A stretch of DNA of 64,000 nucleotides, from positions 1,216,001-1,280,000 of the forward strand of contig CAWBZV010000005.1 of assembly GCA_963793305.1 (NCBI GenBank). Reading direction: 5' to 3'. Positions 13,746-24,279 of the stretch are shown piece after piece. The notes below the pieces were generated by a model that saw only the letters and a list, made by a program, of their open reading frames with translations, ran no database searches and was not told where the DNA came from. The position numbers and the translations under genes were made by a program. The stretch is from an uncultured Gemmatimonadales bacterium (GTDB lineage Bacteria > Gemmatimonadota > Gemmatimonadetes > Gemmatimonadales > Gemmatimonadaceae). The stretch's first letter is position 1, and each line of letters starts with the position of its first letter.

Positions 13746-14510
13746 ATGGAAGCCGAGCTCACCGTAATCCGGGCGCTAGCCCGGGAAATCACCCGTCTCG
13801 CGGGCACGGCACGGCCGTCGGTCACGGTCGATCTCGAAATGGCGAAGACGCGAGTGTCGGCAGGCATGCCGGCCCTCGCCGGAGAGCCGCTCCTGACCAC
13901 CGATCAACTCCTGGCCAACGCCCGCGCACTCGGCGCCGCGGTCCCGGACGTCGGCGAGGCGATGCTCGCGATCGCGGCCGCCCTCGCCCCTATAGCGAGC
14001 GACGAAGTCGCGAGCATTGCCCTTAGCGGTGCCTGGTCGGAAATCAGCCCACTCGCGGCTCGTATCGATGTCGATGAGTCGGCACTCATGACGGTGCTCG
14101 ACTACGCCGCGCGGCCAGCGTTGCTCGCCGCCGCCAATCGCCTCGGGGACCTGTTCGACGACGACGAGCCCAGTCGCTCTACGCGTTGCCCGATGTGCGG
14201 CGCCCCGCCACTCATCGCCGAGCTCTCAGGCAAGGACGGCGCCCGCTCGTTGCGCTGCGGCCGCTGCGCCGCCCGCTGGCGGTTCCCGCGGCTCGCCTGC
14301 GCCACCTGCGGCGCCGAGAACGCGGGCGCGCTCCACGCGGAGGGAGACGCCGGCATCAAGCAGGCCGACTACTGTGACCACTGCCACGGGTACCTCAAGG
14401 CCGTTTCGGTCCTTGCCCCACTCGACTACGTCGCACTTCTGGAGACAGACCTGAGGACTGTCGCACTCGACCTCGCCGCGATCGACCGCGGCTACGCGCG
14501 CGTCGTCTAA
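13746..14510 (+). CDS. fdhE: Formate dehydrogenase accessory protein FdhE
   Basis: CPMCG, RSLRCGRC..W...R..CATCG and CDHCHGYLK motifs. Confidence 0.9.
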   Translation: MEAELTVIRALAREITRLAGTARPSVTVDLEMAKTRVSAGMPALAGEPLLTTDQLLANARALGAAVPDVGEAMLAIAAALAPIASDEVASIALSGAWSEISPLAARIDVDESALMTVLDYAARPALLAAANRLGDLFDDDEPSRSTRCPMCGAPPLIAELSGKDGARSLRCGRCAARWRFPRLACATCGAENAGALHAEGDAGIKQADYCDHCHGYLKAVSVLAPLDYVALLETDLRTVALDLAAIDRGYARVV

Positions 14511-14511
14511 C

Positions 14512-15018
14512 TCAGGGCAACCCAACGAGAAGTCCGGCCGTGACACCGAGCGACCGATCGCTCCGCGCGCGAAAGCCAGAGAAGTTGTAGCTCGGCTCGA
14601 CGTACCAACCCAAGCGCCTCGTCGACCAGAACATGACGTCGAGGGCCAGCTCCGCGGAAAGAGACCGCGTGTGCCGCCGCCCACTCAGGTTCCACGCCAG
14701 TTCCGGCCCGGCACCGGCCATGAGCTCGACGGCGGGTAGCAGCGGAAATGGCTTCTTGAACACCAAGTCCGTCGAGACCTCTCGACGACCGTTCGTGCCA
14801 AACGCGGCGATCCCCGCTTCGACCTCGAGCCAGCGCTCGATCGGGGTGACCTCAACCGCCACGGTGCCGCCTACAGTCGATGGCCCTTCAGTCAGCCCCC
14901 AGTCGGCCGCGCCACCGATTTCGAGAACGGCCACGTGATCGGCCTCTTTCGTCTGGCCGAACGCCCGACTCCCGCTGAGTAGGATGACGCCCATCGCCAG
15001 CGCACGCAGCGCGCCCAT
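14512..15018 (-). CDS. Small secreted, probable outer-membrane beta-barrel protein
   Basis: Signal peptide and alternating beta-strand pattern; downstream of cusA. Confidence 0.55.
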   Translation of the reverse strand: MGALRALAMGVILLSGSRAFGQTKEADHVAVLEIGGAADWGLTEGPSTVGGTVAVEVTPIERWLEVEAGIAAFGTNGRREVSTDLVFKKPFPLLPAVELMAGAGPELAWNLSGRRHTRSLSAELALDVMFWSTRRLGWYVEPSYNFSGFRARSDRSLGVTAGLLVGLP

Positions 15019-15040
15019 GGGGCAAAATGCCCCTTGTTCG

Positions 15041-18000
15041 TCACACCTCATTCGTCCGCCGAAGCATCCACTCCTTCCATAGCGAGTAAATCGCCGGTAT
15101 CACGACGAGCGTCAGCACCGTACTCGTCACCATCCCACCCACCATTGGCGCCGCGATCCGCTTCATGACGTCCGCGCCCGTCCCCTGACTCCAGAGGATC
15201 GGCACCAGCCCGGCCATGATCGCCGTCACGGTCATGATCTTCGGCCGGATGCGCTCGACCGCCCCGTGCGCGACCGCGGCGGCAACGTCGCCACGCCCTC
15301 GTAGCTCGCCCGCCTGATGGCGCGCCGCATACGCGTGGTCGAGGTAGATCAACATGACGATCCCGGTCTCTGCCGCCACGCCGGCCAGCGCAATGAACCC
15401 GACAGCGACGGCCACACTCAGGTTGTATCCGAGGAACCACATGAACCACACCCCTCCGACCAGCGCGAACGGCAACGATAGCATGACGAGTGCACTTTCC
15501 GCGATACTCCTGAAGTTGGCGTACAACAGCAGCGCGATGATCACCAGCGTGACCGGGATCACGAGTCGGAGCCGCGCCGTCGCGCGCGCCAGCGCCTCAA
15601 ACTGCCCGCTCCACTCGATCCGGTAGCCAGGTGGCAACACCACGCGCCCGGCCACTGCGCGCTCCGCGTCGTGTACGTACCCACCCACGTCACGATCGCG
15701 CACGTCGACATAGACGATCTCGTTCAGCGCCGCATTCTCGGACTTGATCATTGCCGGCCCGCGCACGACCTCAACTCGCGCTAGCGAGCTCAGTCCGACC
15801 TGCGCCCCTGACGGCGTCGCCACCAACGTTTGGCCGATCTGCGCGGGGCTGTCCCGGAAATCCCGTGGATACCGCACGAGCACACCATACCGCTCCCGGC
15901 CGGCGATCACCTGACCCGCATCGGCGCCGCCTATCGCCATGCTGAGCGCCATCTGGACGTCGTCGCCCGTCAACCCATACCGCGCGGCAGCCGGGCGGTC
16001 AATGTCAACGTCGAGATAGTAGCCGCCCATGACCCGCTCCGCATACACCGAGTTGGTTCCGGCGACCGCCGGCAGCACCCGTTCGATATCACGGCCGATC
16101 CGGTCCAACGTGTCCAGACTCGGTCCGAAGATCTTGATGCCGACCGGCGTCTTGATGCCCGACGCCAGCATGTCCAATCGGTTCTTGATCGGCATCGACC
16201 ACATGTTCGCGACGCCGGGCGTGCGAACCGTGGAGTTCGCCTCGCTCACGATCGAATCGTACGTGACGCCGGGCCGCCAGTCCTTCCGATCCTTCAGCAC
16301 CGCGATCGTCTCGATCATCGAGAGCGGCGCCATGTCCGTCGCCGTTTCCGCTCGCCCGATCTTGCCCAACACGACCCGCACCTCGGGAATCCGGGCCAAC
16401 GCCGCGTCGCGCTGTTGCACGATGCGCTTTGCCTCGCCTACGCCGACAGCCGGTGCCAGCGACGGCATGTCCATGATGCTGCCCTCGTTGAGCGGCGGCA
16501 TGAACTCGCTCCCCAGTCGCAGCCAGGGAAACACGGTGATGCCGAGTACGAGCACCGCGCCGCCGATCACCAGCCGCCGATGCTGCAGCACGAACGCGAT
16601 CACCGGACGGTAGAGGGCGATCAACGCGCGATTGACCGGGTTCGCCGCCTCGGGTTTGACCCCACGCCGGATGAACATCCCCATGAGCACCGGCACGAGC
16701 GTCACCGAGAGCAGCGCGGCCGCGGCCATCGACAGCGTCTTGGTCCACGCTAGCGGCGAGAACAGCCGCCCTTCCTGATCCTGCAACGCGAACACCGGCA
16801 GGAAGCTCGCGGTCACGATGAGCAATGACACGAACAGCGATGGTCCAACCTCCTTCGACGCCTCGACGACCAACGCCCAGTGGTCTCGCGGCCGTCCTTC
16901 CGCCTCGTTCCGCTCCACGTGCTTGTGAAAGTTCTCGACCATGACGATCGCGGCATCGATCATGACGCCGATCGCGAGCGCGATGCCACCCAGGCTCATG
17001 ATGTTGGCACTCAATCCCAGCGCCCGCATCGCCAGGAACGCCATCCCGATCCCGATCGGCAGCGTAACGATCGCGACCAGCGCACTCTCGGCGTGCAACA
17101 AGAAAAGCAGTGCGACCAGGGCGACGATGATCGACTCTTCCACGAGCTTGCTCTTGAGCGTCGCCACCGCCCGGTCGATGAGACCCGATCGATCGTAGCC
17201 GTCGACGAACACCACGCCGCCCGGCAATGACGGCTGTACGGCCGCCATCGTGGCCTTGACCCGTCCGATCACCGCCCGCGGATTCTCGCCGAACCGCATG
17301 ACGACCCACCCGGTGACGATCTCGCCCACGCCGTTCAAGTCCGCGATCCCGCGCCGGATCTCCGGCCCCATCTGAACCGTCGCCACATCTCCGACCGTGA
17401 TTGGCGCGCCACCCTGCTCCGGGCCGAGCGAGACGGCGCGAATGTCGTCCAGACTCGAGAACCGCCCCCGCCCACGGACGATATACTCCGCGCCGCCCAT
17501 CTCCAGCGTCCGACCGCCAACGTCTTCGTTCGACCCGCGCACCGCGTCGGCTACGCGCTGGAGGGGTACATGATACGCCAGCAGCTTCGCCGGATCGACC
17601 GTGACTTGATACTGCTGCTCGAATCCCCCGAACGAAGCGATCTCCGCCACGCCCGGCACTGCCGTCAACGCCGGCCGGACGGTGAAGTCCTGCAACGCTC
17701 GGAGCTGCGCGAGGTTCAGCTGGCCGCTCGTATCGGTGAGGATGTACTGCATCACCCAGCCGACGCCGGTCGCATCCGGCCCCAACACCGGCCGCGCCTC
17801 TCGGGGCAGCTTCCCCTGGACACCGTTCAGGTACTCCAACACCCGAGACCGCGCCCAATAGAGATCGATCCCGTCCTCGAACACCACGTAGACCGCCGAC
17901 AACCCGAACTCACTCGTCCCGCGCACGAACTTGATCCGCGGCACTTTGAGCAGCTCCGTCTCCAGCGGATACGTCACCTGATCCTCGACCAGCTGCGGCC

Positions 18001-18181
18001 CTTGCCCCGGCCACTCGGTCATGACGATCACCTGCACGTCGGACAGATCCGGGATCGCGTCCACCGGAGTCCGCGCCAGCGCCCACGCGCCGGCGCCGGC
18101 GAGCGCGACGGTCGCGAGCAACACGGCGACTTTGTGCGCGACCGACCATTCGATCACACGCGTCAGGAATGTGCGGCGCAT
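15041..18181 (-). CDS. cusA: CusA-type heavy-metal RND efflux pump
   Basis: DAIPDLSDVQVI, GPDATGVGWV, EFMPPLNEG and ERIRPKIMT; Met residues in the periplasmic region consistent with Cu/Ag. Confidence 0.95.
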   Translation of the reverse strand: MRRTFLTRVIEWSVAHKVAVLLATVALAGAGAWALARTPVDAIPDLSDVQVIVMTEWPGQGPQLVEDQVTYPLETELLKVPRIKFVRGTSEFGLSAVYVVFEDGIDLYWARSRVLEYLNGVQGKLPREARPVLGPDATGVGWVMQYILTDTSGQLNLAQLRALQDFTVRPALTAVPGVAEIASFGGFEQQYQVTVDPAKLLAYHVPLQRVADAVRGSNEDVGGRTLEMGGAEYIVRGRGRFSSLDDIRAVSLGPEQGGAPITVGDVATVQMGPEIRRGIADLNGVGEIVTGWVVMRFGENPRAVIGRVKATMAAVQPSLPGGVVFVDGYDRSGLIDRAVATLKSKLVEESIIVALVALLFLLHAESALVAIVTLPIGIGMAFLAMRALGLSANIMSLGGIALAIGVMIDAAIVMVENFHKHVERNEAEGRPRDHWALVVEASKEVGPSLFVSLLIVTASFLPVFALQDQEGRLFSPLAWTKTLSMAAAALLSVTLVPVLMGMFIRRGVKPEAANPVNRALIALYRPVIAFVLQHRRLVIGGAVLVLGITVFPWLRLGSEFMPPLNEGSIMDMPSLAPAVGVGEAKRIVQQRDAALARIPEVRVVLGKIGRAETATDMAPLSMIETIAVLKDRKDWRPGVTYDSIVSEANSTVRTPGVANMWSMPIKNRLDMLASGIKTPVGIKIFGPSLDTLDRIGRDIERVLPAVAGTNSVYAERVMGGYYLDVDIDRPAAARYGLTGDDVQMALSMAIGGADAGQVIAGRERYGVLVRYPRDFRDSPAQIGQTLVATPSGAQVGLSSLARVEVVRGPAMIKSENAALNEIVYVDVRDRDVGGYVHDAERAVAGRVVLPPGYRIEWSGQFEALARATARLRLVIPVTLVIIALLLYANFRSIAESALVMLSLPFALVGGVWFMWFLGYNLSVAVAVGFIALAGVAAETGIVMLIYLDHAYAARHQAGELRGRGDVAAAVAHGAVERIRPKIMTVTAIMAGLVPILWSQGTGADVMKRIAAPMVGGMVTSTVLTLVVIPAIYSLWKEWMLRRTNEV

Positions 18182-18184
18182 CGG

Positions 18185-19354
18185 CTATTTCCTCCGCGTC
18201 GAGTCAGGCCGCGGCGATGCCATCTGCATCCCCCGCATGTCCCGCATCTTGGCCATGTCGCCGCCCTGACCGATCATGCTCTTGATGACATCGGCGAGGT
18301 TCGACTCCGAGTCGAGCAGGTATTGGGCGGACGTCACGACACGCTGGCCCGGCTCGACGCCCGACAGGATCTCGGCGAGCTCGCCGGCCGTACGCCCGAC
18401 AACGACGTCGCGCGGCTTGAGCGCCCCGCCGCCCCTGTCCACGAACACGATCGAGCGGTCACCAGTGTTGAGGATCGCCGAGGCTGGCACCGTGAGCGCC
18501 GAGCGCCCGGGCGCCATCAATGCGATCGTCGCGTACATGCCGGGTTTGAGCGCGCCATTGGGGTTCGGAACAACGACACGCGCGACGATGGACCGCGAAT
18601 TGCCCTGGACGGTGGGGTATACAAACCCCACACGGCCGCTCAACGTACGACCCGGGTACGCTGTGAGCTCGATCGTCGCGCGTGCGCCAACGCGAGCCGA
18701 CGCCGCGTCGACCTCGCGCACCTCGGCGTTCACCCATACCTCGGACAGATCGGCGACCGATAGCAGCATGTCGCCGGACTGGATCGCCTGGCCTTGGACA
18801 ACTTTCTTCTCGAGCACAACTCCGCTCACCGGCGCGACGAACGTTACGGTGCGCTCCACCGTCCCGGTCCGGAGGACGCTCGCGATCTGTTCGTCGCTCA
18901 CATCCCACGCGCGCAAGCGCCGCTTGCCGGCGTCGACGAGGCTGGAATCCCCAAGTCGGGCGGCCACCAGCAACTCGCCTTCGGCCGCGACCACATCCGG
19001 CGAATACATCGCGACGAGCAACTCGCCCCGACGCACGCGCTGGCCGGTCTCGTTCACGTACAGGCGCTCGACATACCCACCGACCTTCGGAACGATCTGC
19101 GACTGCCGGGCCTCGTCGGTCATGACCGTGCCGACCGTGCGGACCTCCGCCGCCAATGGCCGTCGCTCGACGGCGCCGAACGTCACGCCGAACCGCCGGA
19201 TCTGATCAGCGGTGAGACGGACAGAACCCGCATCGGACACCGGCAAGCCCTTCATGCCCGGCATCGCGGACATGCTGTCGGGTTTGCCCTGCGTGCGGCC
19301 GCACGCGGCGAGTCCGAGACCCAAGAGCACAACTGCTACGGCGCGGGTCATCAT
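18185..19354 (-). CDS. cusB: CusB-type RND periplasmic adaptor
   Basis: Lipoprotein signal; YSPDVV, LKPGMY and LLDSESNL motifs; Met-rich termini. Confidence 0.9.
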   Translation of the reverse strand: MMTRAVAVVLLGLGLAACGRTQGKPDSMSAMPGMKGLPVSDAGSVRLTADQIRRFGVTFGAVERRPLAAEVRTVGTVMTDEARQSQIVPKVGGYVERLYVNETGQRVRRGELLVAMYSPDVVAAEGELLVAARLGDSSLVDAGKRRLRAWDVSDEQIASVLRTGTVERTVTFVAPVSGVVLEKKVVQGQAIQSGDMLLSVADLSEVWVNAEVREVDAASARVGARATIELTAYPGRTLSGRVGFVYPTVQGNSRSIVARVVVPNPNGALKPGMYATIALMAPGRSALTVPASAILNTGDRSIVFVDRGGGALKPRDVVVGRTAGELAEILSGVEPGQRVVTSAQYLLDSESNLADVIKSMIGQGGDMAKMRDMRGMQMASPRPDSTRRK

Positions 19355-20688
19355 GGCAGGACCTCCCGTCCAACGGTTCGCTCGAGCTTCGCGAGCCCCT
19401 TCGCGAAATCCGTCAGCGCCCGCTCATACTCAGTGTCGTACTGAAACACGGTCGCCTGCGCCAGCAACACACTCGCGAAGTCGCCTCGCCCCGCTTCGTA
19501 GCTCGCGGTCGCCGACTGGAGCGTCGCCCTCGCCCGCGGCAGAATCGCCGAGACATACAGCGCGAGCTGTGTACGCGCGCGCTCGACCTCCGCGTACGCC
19601 TCGACCACCGCGGCCCGAATGTCGTTCGTCTCCACGTGATGCTGCGCATCGTCGGCCGCGAGCTGCGACCGCGCCTCGACCACCATCTCGCCTTGCTTCC
19701 GACCGCTATGAATCGGAATCGGCAACGAGACCATTGCGGTCACGAAATCCGGGAACCCGCTTCGCTGATCGTATTCGAGCGAGAAGTCGACATCGGGAAT
19801 GCGCCCCCTCCGCGCCACGTCCAGCCGCGCGGCGTCGGCCGAGATCATGGCCTCGTGCTCGTGCAGTGCTGGACTGGCCTGCACGGCCTCATCCTGCAGA
19901 TCAGACAGTGGCGGCAGAGGCGAGTGGGCCGCCGCGGCGCCGAGCGCGGGTGAGACGAATGAGACGCCCGTAGTAGAGTCAGGCAGCGCGGCACGGACGA
20001 CACGAATCGGCACCGCCGGACTATCGACCGGCGCGTCACTCGGACGGTCGAGCACCGCGTTGAGACGCGCGAGCGCCGCGACTCGTTCTTGACTCAGGGT
20101 GACCGCTTGATCCGCGAGCCGCGCAGCTTCGACGCGCGCTTTGAGCGCGTCCTGCTGACTCCCGGTCCCGGCGCCATACCGCGCCTCACTCGCGCGCCCC
20201 AGGTCGATGAGTACCTCGTGGCTCCGCCTCACGATCGCGAGCGCGCGGTCGACGAAGGCGAGATCGTAGTAGGCGTCTTTGACCTGCACGACTGTCTCCA
20301 GTCGCATCCCCTCGACCCGATGGCTCATCGCCTCCGCCTCGCGCACAGCGACCCGGCCGCGCGCCGCGGGAACGCCGGTGAACGGCACTGTCTGCGTGAC
20401 GCGAAGGACCGTCATCGTGAAGGAGTCGTAGAACCCTGGCCGCGCGATCGGCAGATCGGTCAGACCGAGGCCGAGGACCGGATCCTCCCACGCGCCGGCG
20501 GGACCGATGCGCGCACGCGCGGCCGCTTGCGCATGTTCCGCAACGTGAGTCGAGGGGTTCGCCCGGAGTCCCACGTGAATGAGCGAGTCCAGGTCGCTTG
20601 TTGTGGCTGGGCGCGTCGGCTGCGCGACCGCGAGGCCCGCGCACGCGACGACGGCCGCGAGCGATGGCGCGAAGAGTTGTGCTGACAT
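19351..20688 (-). CDS. TolC family outer membrane efflux protein
   Basis: OEP-like repeats (VKDAYYDL, ASYEAG); operon position upstream of cusB. Confidence 0.88.
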   Translation of the reverse strand: MSAQLFAPSLAAVVACAGLAVAQPTRPATTSDLDSLIHVGLRANPSTHVAEHAQAAARARIGPAGAWEDPVLGLGLTDLPIARPGFYDSFTMTVLRVTQTVPFTGVPAARGRVAVREAEAMSHRVEGMRLETVVQVKDAYYDLAFVDRALAIVRRSHEVLIDLGRASEARYGAGTGSQQDALKARVEAARLADQAVTLSQERVAALARLNAVLDRPSDAPVDSPAVPIRVVRAALPDSTTGVSFVSPALGAAAAHSPLPPLSDLQDEAVQASPALHEHEAMISADAARLDVARRGRIPDVDFSLEYDQRSGFPDFVTAMVSLPIPIHSGRKQGEMVVEARSQLAADDAQHHVETNDIRAAVVEAYAEVERARTQLALYVSAILPRARATLQSATASYEAGRGDFASVLLAQATVFQYDTEYERALTDFAKGLAKLERTVGREVLP

Positions 20689-20799
20689 GCTCCGAAAGGG
20701 CTGAAGTCCACACCGGCCGCCGCGGATGCGACATACCGGTCGCCCCGCATCCCATTCAGGAACGCGAGACCACTCACGAGCTCCGAGTTGTGAGCGGGA

Positions 20800-21163
20800 C
20801 TAGAGCCGAGGCGGCGGCAGATCCGGAGGCGACGTTGCCGATGGCGGCATCAGCACGGCCAACAGCGGGATCGCGACGATTGGTGCGGGCGGCTCGGACA
20901 ACATTCGCGACGCTGCCACGATCGTGGCCGGCGCGCACGGCGCCATTGATTGGCAACCGTCGGGCGCCCATGGGAACCGGCACGGAGGCTGCTGGCCGGC
21001 CGGCGCCGGTCCTTCGACATGCACCGCCGACGGCGTCGACATGCCCGCCATCGCGCCCATTCTCGCTATCCATGCGCGAGCACGCGTACCCGCTCTCCAC
21101 GAAGACCAGCTGGAAAACGAGCAACGCCGACAACGCCGCAATGATGCGCCGACCCAGGTGCAT
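20800..21163 (-). CDS. Small Met/Cys-rich DUF2946-like protein (apparent +1 frameshift near 21061)
   Basis: MHLGRRIIAALSALLVFQLVFVESGYAC joins MGAMAGMS...C...C..C...PPDLPPPRL in the other frame; PPxxPPPR tail as seen upstream of cus/czc operons. Confidence 0.65.
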
Positions 21164-21300
21164 GCGCTGCAATGTAGCACGCCTGCTGGAGTAGCGCCGA
21201 GGCCGCCAAGGTCGTGCTTGCCTCAATCCAGGGATGGCTCTACGGTTGGCGGACTATTTCACCGTCGCCGTCAACGCCGTCTCTCACGCAGGAGTAAGCC

Positions 21301-21699
21301 GTGAGCTCCAAGCAATGGGTGTGGTGGTTTAGTGCGGTATCGGTGATCCTCATATTGTGGGGAATCGTATTCGCCTTTTTCGGCCTGGGCGTCCTTCCGG
21401 TCGATAGGAACGTGTTGCTCTCGTGGGAGAGCGCCATCTACGGCGCCATCATGATGGGATGGGGCACGACTCTCCTGCTGATCGGCCGGGTTGCGCTCCA
21501 ACGGAACGATCCTGAGCTGACAAAGCCCCTCCTGCTCGGCCTCGCCGTATGGCTGCTCGTCGAAGCGGCGTTTTCGGCCCGATTGGGCGTGTGGTTCAAC
21601 GTCGGGGTCGACGCCGGCGTGCTGCTGCTCTTCGGCATTCCACTGGTCGCGAGCATGCGCGCTAAGTCCCAGTCTCCCCAGCAGCCGCTGCGCCACTGA
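21301..21699 (+). CDS. Small four-helix membrane protein
   Basis: GGAG RBS; four hydrophobic segments. Confidence 0.7.
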   Translation: MSSKQWVWWFSAVSVILILWGIVFAFFGLGVLPVDRNVLLSWESAIYGAIMMGWGTTLLLIGRVALQRNDPELTKPLLLGLAVWLLVEAAFSARLGVWFNVGVDAGVLLLFGIPLVASMRAKSQSPQQPLRH

Positions 21700-22090
21700 C
21701 CCGTGCGTTCCACCGCCGCCGCCCGATCACCGCCGCCGCGATCCCCCAGGCCAAGCCCGCGAGACCATCCCGCCACCAGTGATGCCCCGGATCGACAACC
21801 ACAAACGCCAACCCCGACGCGATCGTTGCCACCGGAATCGCGTAGAGCGCATTCGGCCATCCGGGGCGCGATCCGGCTATTCGCTTCTCGACCGCCTCGA
21901 TCAGCAACAACGCGAGAAAGAGAACGATCGCCGAGGCAAACGGCGCAAAAATCGTGAACGCGGTCTGGTCCTGACTATCGCGACTCGACAGTACGAGCCA
22001 CGTCACGAACGGCGGCAGCAGGAACGCGCATGTGATCAAGAACACGAAACTATCGACCGCCCGATGCGGATGAGACTCCTCTTTTGACAT
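21662..22090 (-). CDS. Hypothetical membrane protein
   Basis: About four hydrophobic helices; starts 3 nt after the oxidoreductase stop. Confidence 0.6.
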   Translation of the reverse strand: MSKEESHPHRAVDSFVFLITCAFLLPPFVTWLVLSSRDSQDQTAFTIFAPFASAIVLFLALLLIEAVEKRIAGSRPGWPNALYAIPVATIASGLAFVVVDPGHHWWRDGLAGLAWGIAAAVIGRRRWNARVSGAAAAGETGT

Positions 22091-22093
22091 AGT

Positions 22094-23448
22094 TCACGCT
22101 CTCGTGTTGGTGAGATTGCCGGCTGACGTCTCCCACGTTTGCGCCGCCATCTGCACGGCATCCCACGGGCTCCCCGTCGGCGGCGTATAACTCAAATCGA
22201 AGTCGTTGAGCTCCTCGACCCGCATCTGGTGAAACAGCGCCGCGGCGAACACGTCGATGCGCTTGGCCACCTCCGACCGCCAGTACCCCACGATCTGCGC
22301 GCCGAGCAGCCGCCGGCTCGCACGATCCCCCGTCACGCGGATGCGAAGCTCGTGCGCTCTCGGGTAATACTGTTTGTGGTCCCACACCCCCGACTCGACC
22401 GTCACCGGATCGAACCCGGCCGCGCGCGCCTCGTCGTCGCGGAGCCCCGTCCGCGCGGCCGCGAGATCGAACACCTTGACGACCTGCGTCCCCACCGAAC
22501 CCGCGAACTGGCGACTCCCGCCAAGCACGTTCTCCCCGGCGACACGGCCCTGCTTGTGCGCCGTTGTACCCAAGGGCAGATACGCATTCCGCTCGAGGAC
22601 CCGGTGCCACGTCTCGCAACAGTCGCCAGCCGCGTACACATCCCGCACGGTTCGTTTCCATGCGACGGTCGACGGCCAGCGCGCCGCGGACACCCGTGGC
22701 CACTCGCGCCGCACGCGCGAGCGCGGTCGACGGCTCGACGCCAGCGGCAACGATCGCGAGCTCCGCCGACGCCTCGAACCCATTCCCTCTCATGACGAGC
22801 TGGCCGGCGACTTTGCGTATGACAGAGACCTCGGCGCCGGTCACGACATGCACGCCACGCGCACGCAGTTCCTCTTCCAGCAGTCGCCCCAACTCGACGT
22901 TCGAACGTCGGCAGCACCGATGGGGTGCGGCTCGCGAGCGTCACGGCGAAACCGCGGTGCCTGAGCGCGTCCGCCATCTCGATCCCGATGTAGCCCGCAC
23001 CGACGACGACCGCAGTTCGCGCACCGCGCTCATTCACGAAGGCTTGAACACGGAAGCTGTCCTCCATCGTGTGCAGCGGAAATACGCCCGGCAGCTCCAG
23101 ACCGGCGATCGGCGGACACACCGGCACGGCGCCGGTCGCGACGATGAGTCGATCGTAGCGCAACGACTCGCGCCGCCCGTCCGATTCCACCTCGACCGCG
23201 CGCGCACTCGGATCGATCGCGAGCGCGACATGGTTGCGGCGAACGTCGACGCCTAAGAACTCGGTGCGATGCGCCAACGCGCGCCAGTCGCGCGTCTCGC
23301 CGCTCAGGTAGAACGGCAGCCCGCAGATGCTATAGTTGGGATACGCATCGGCGAGCACGACCGTGATCTCGGCCGATGCGTCGAGCTCCCGCGCCCGGAG
23401 CGCGGCACTGATGCCGGCGTCGCTGCCGCCAATCACGAGAATGTGCAC
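22094..23448 (-). CDS. FAD-dependent CoA-disulfide reductase/NADH oxidase-like oxidoreductase (two apparent +1 frameshifts, near 22900 and 22650)
   Basis: GGSDAG, YSICGLP redox Cys, GAGYIG, DVYAAGDC and DLSYTPP across three frames. Confidence 0.87.
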
Positions 23449-23472
23449 GTGGAGTTGGGCGAAGTACGCGGG

Positions 23473-24276
23473 CTACCGGCCGTCCGTCTTGCCGCGCCGG
23501 ACTCGCCGCCTGCCGAATGGCGCGTCTTCTTCGTCGCGAGCCGCCTCCGACGACGAGCGCACAGTCCCCTCGACACCAATCAGCGACCGCTCAGTCTCGA
23601 CGCGCGGCGCCCCGGCGCTCCGCAGCCAGTCGTACGTTCTGGCCGCCGTGATCATCGCCAGCACCGGCGCCACCCAATAGATCCACTGCGCGCGCCACTC
23701 GCCGCCCACCAGCGCCGGCCCGAACGAGCGGGCCGGGTTCATTGAGGCGCCCGTGATCGGACCCATGGTCAATGCGCAGAACCCAACCGTCAGTCCCACC
23801 GCGAGACCCGCGAACCCCGCGGGAACCCGATCATCCGTCGCGACGGCCATGATCACGAACATGAGCGCGAACGACAGCACGAACTCGATCCCGAACGCCG
23901 CGGCGACCGAAATCGGAGGCGCGACCGAGGGCAGTGTCGCACCGAGATGCCCGACGGGTCCGAGCACGGCGCGCAACAGCAGCGACGCCAGCACTGCTCC
24001 CACGCACTGCGCCGCGACATAGGGCGCGACATTCGAGCCGGGGAACCGCTTCGCCGACCAGAACGCGACCGTGACCGCGGGGTTCAGGTGTGCGCCGGAG
24101 ATGTGGCCCAGCGCGTAGATCATCCCGGTGATCACGAACGCGAACGCCAGCGCGATCCCGGTGACGCCCAAGGCTCCTCCGCTCACCGCATTCACCATGG
24201 CGGCGCCGGGCCCAATCAGCACGAGGAAAAACGTGCCGATCGACTCCCCCACCGCTCGTCGCGCGAGGTCGTGCAC
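23473..24276 (-). CDS. MIP family aquaporin/aquaglyceroporin, likely arsenite channel
   Basis: SGAHLNPAVT and SMNPARS NPA boxes; ars context. Confidence 0.92.
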   Translation of the reverse strand: MHDLARRAVGESIGTFFLVLIGPGAAMVNAVSGGALGVTGIALAFAFVITGMIYALGHISGAHLNPAVTVAFWSAKRFPGSNVAPYVAAQCVGAVLASLLLRAVLGPVGHLGATLPSVAPPISVAAAFGIEFVLSFALMFVIMAVATDDRVPAGFAGLAVGLTVGFCALTMGPITGASMNPARSFGPALVGGEWRAQWIYWVAPVLAMITAARTYDWLRSAGAPRVETERSLIGVEGTVRSSSEAARDEEDAPFGRRRVRRGKTDGR

Positions 24277-24279
24277 GGC

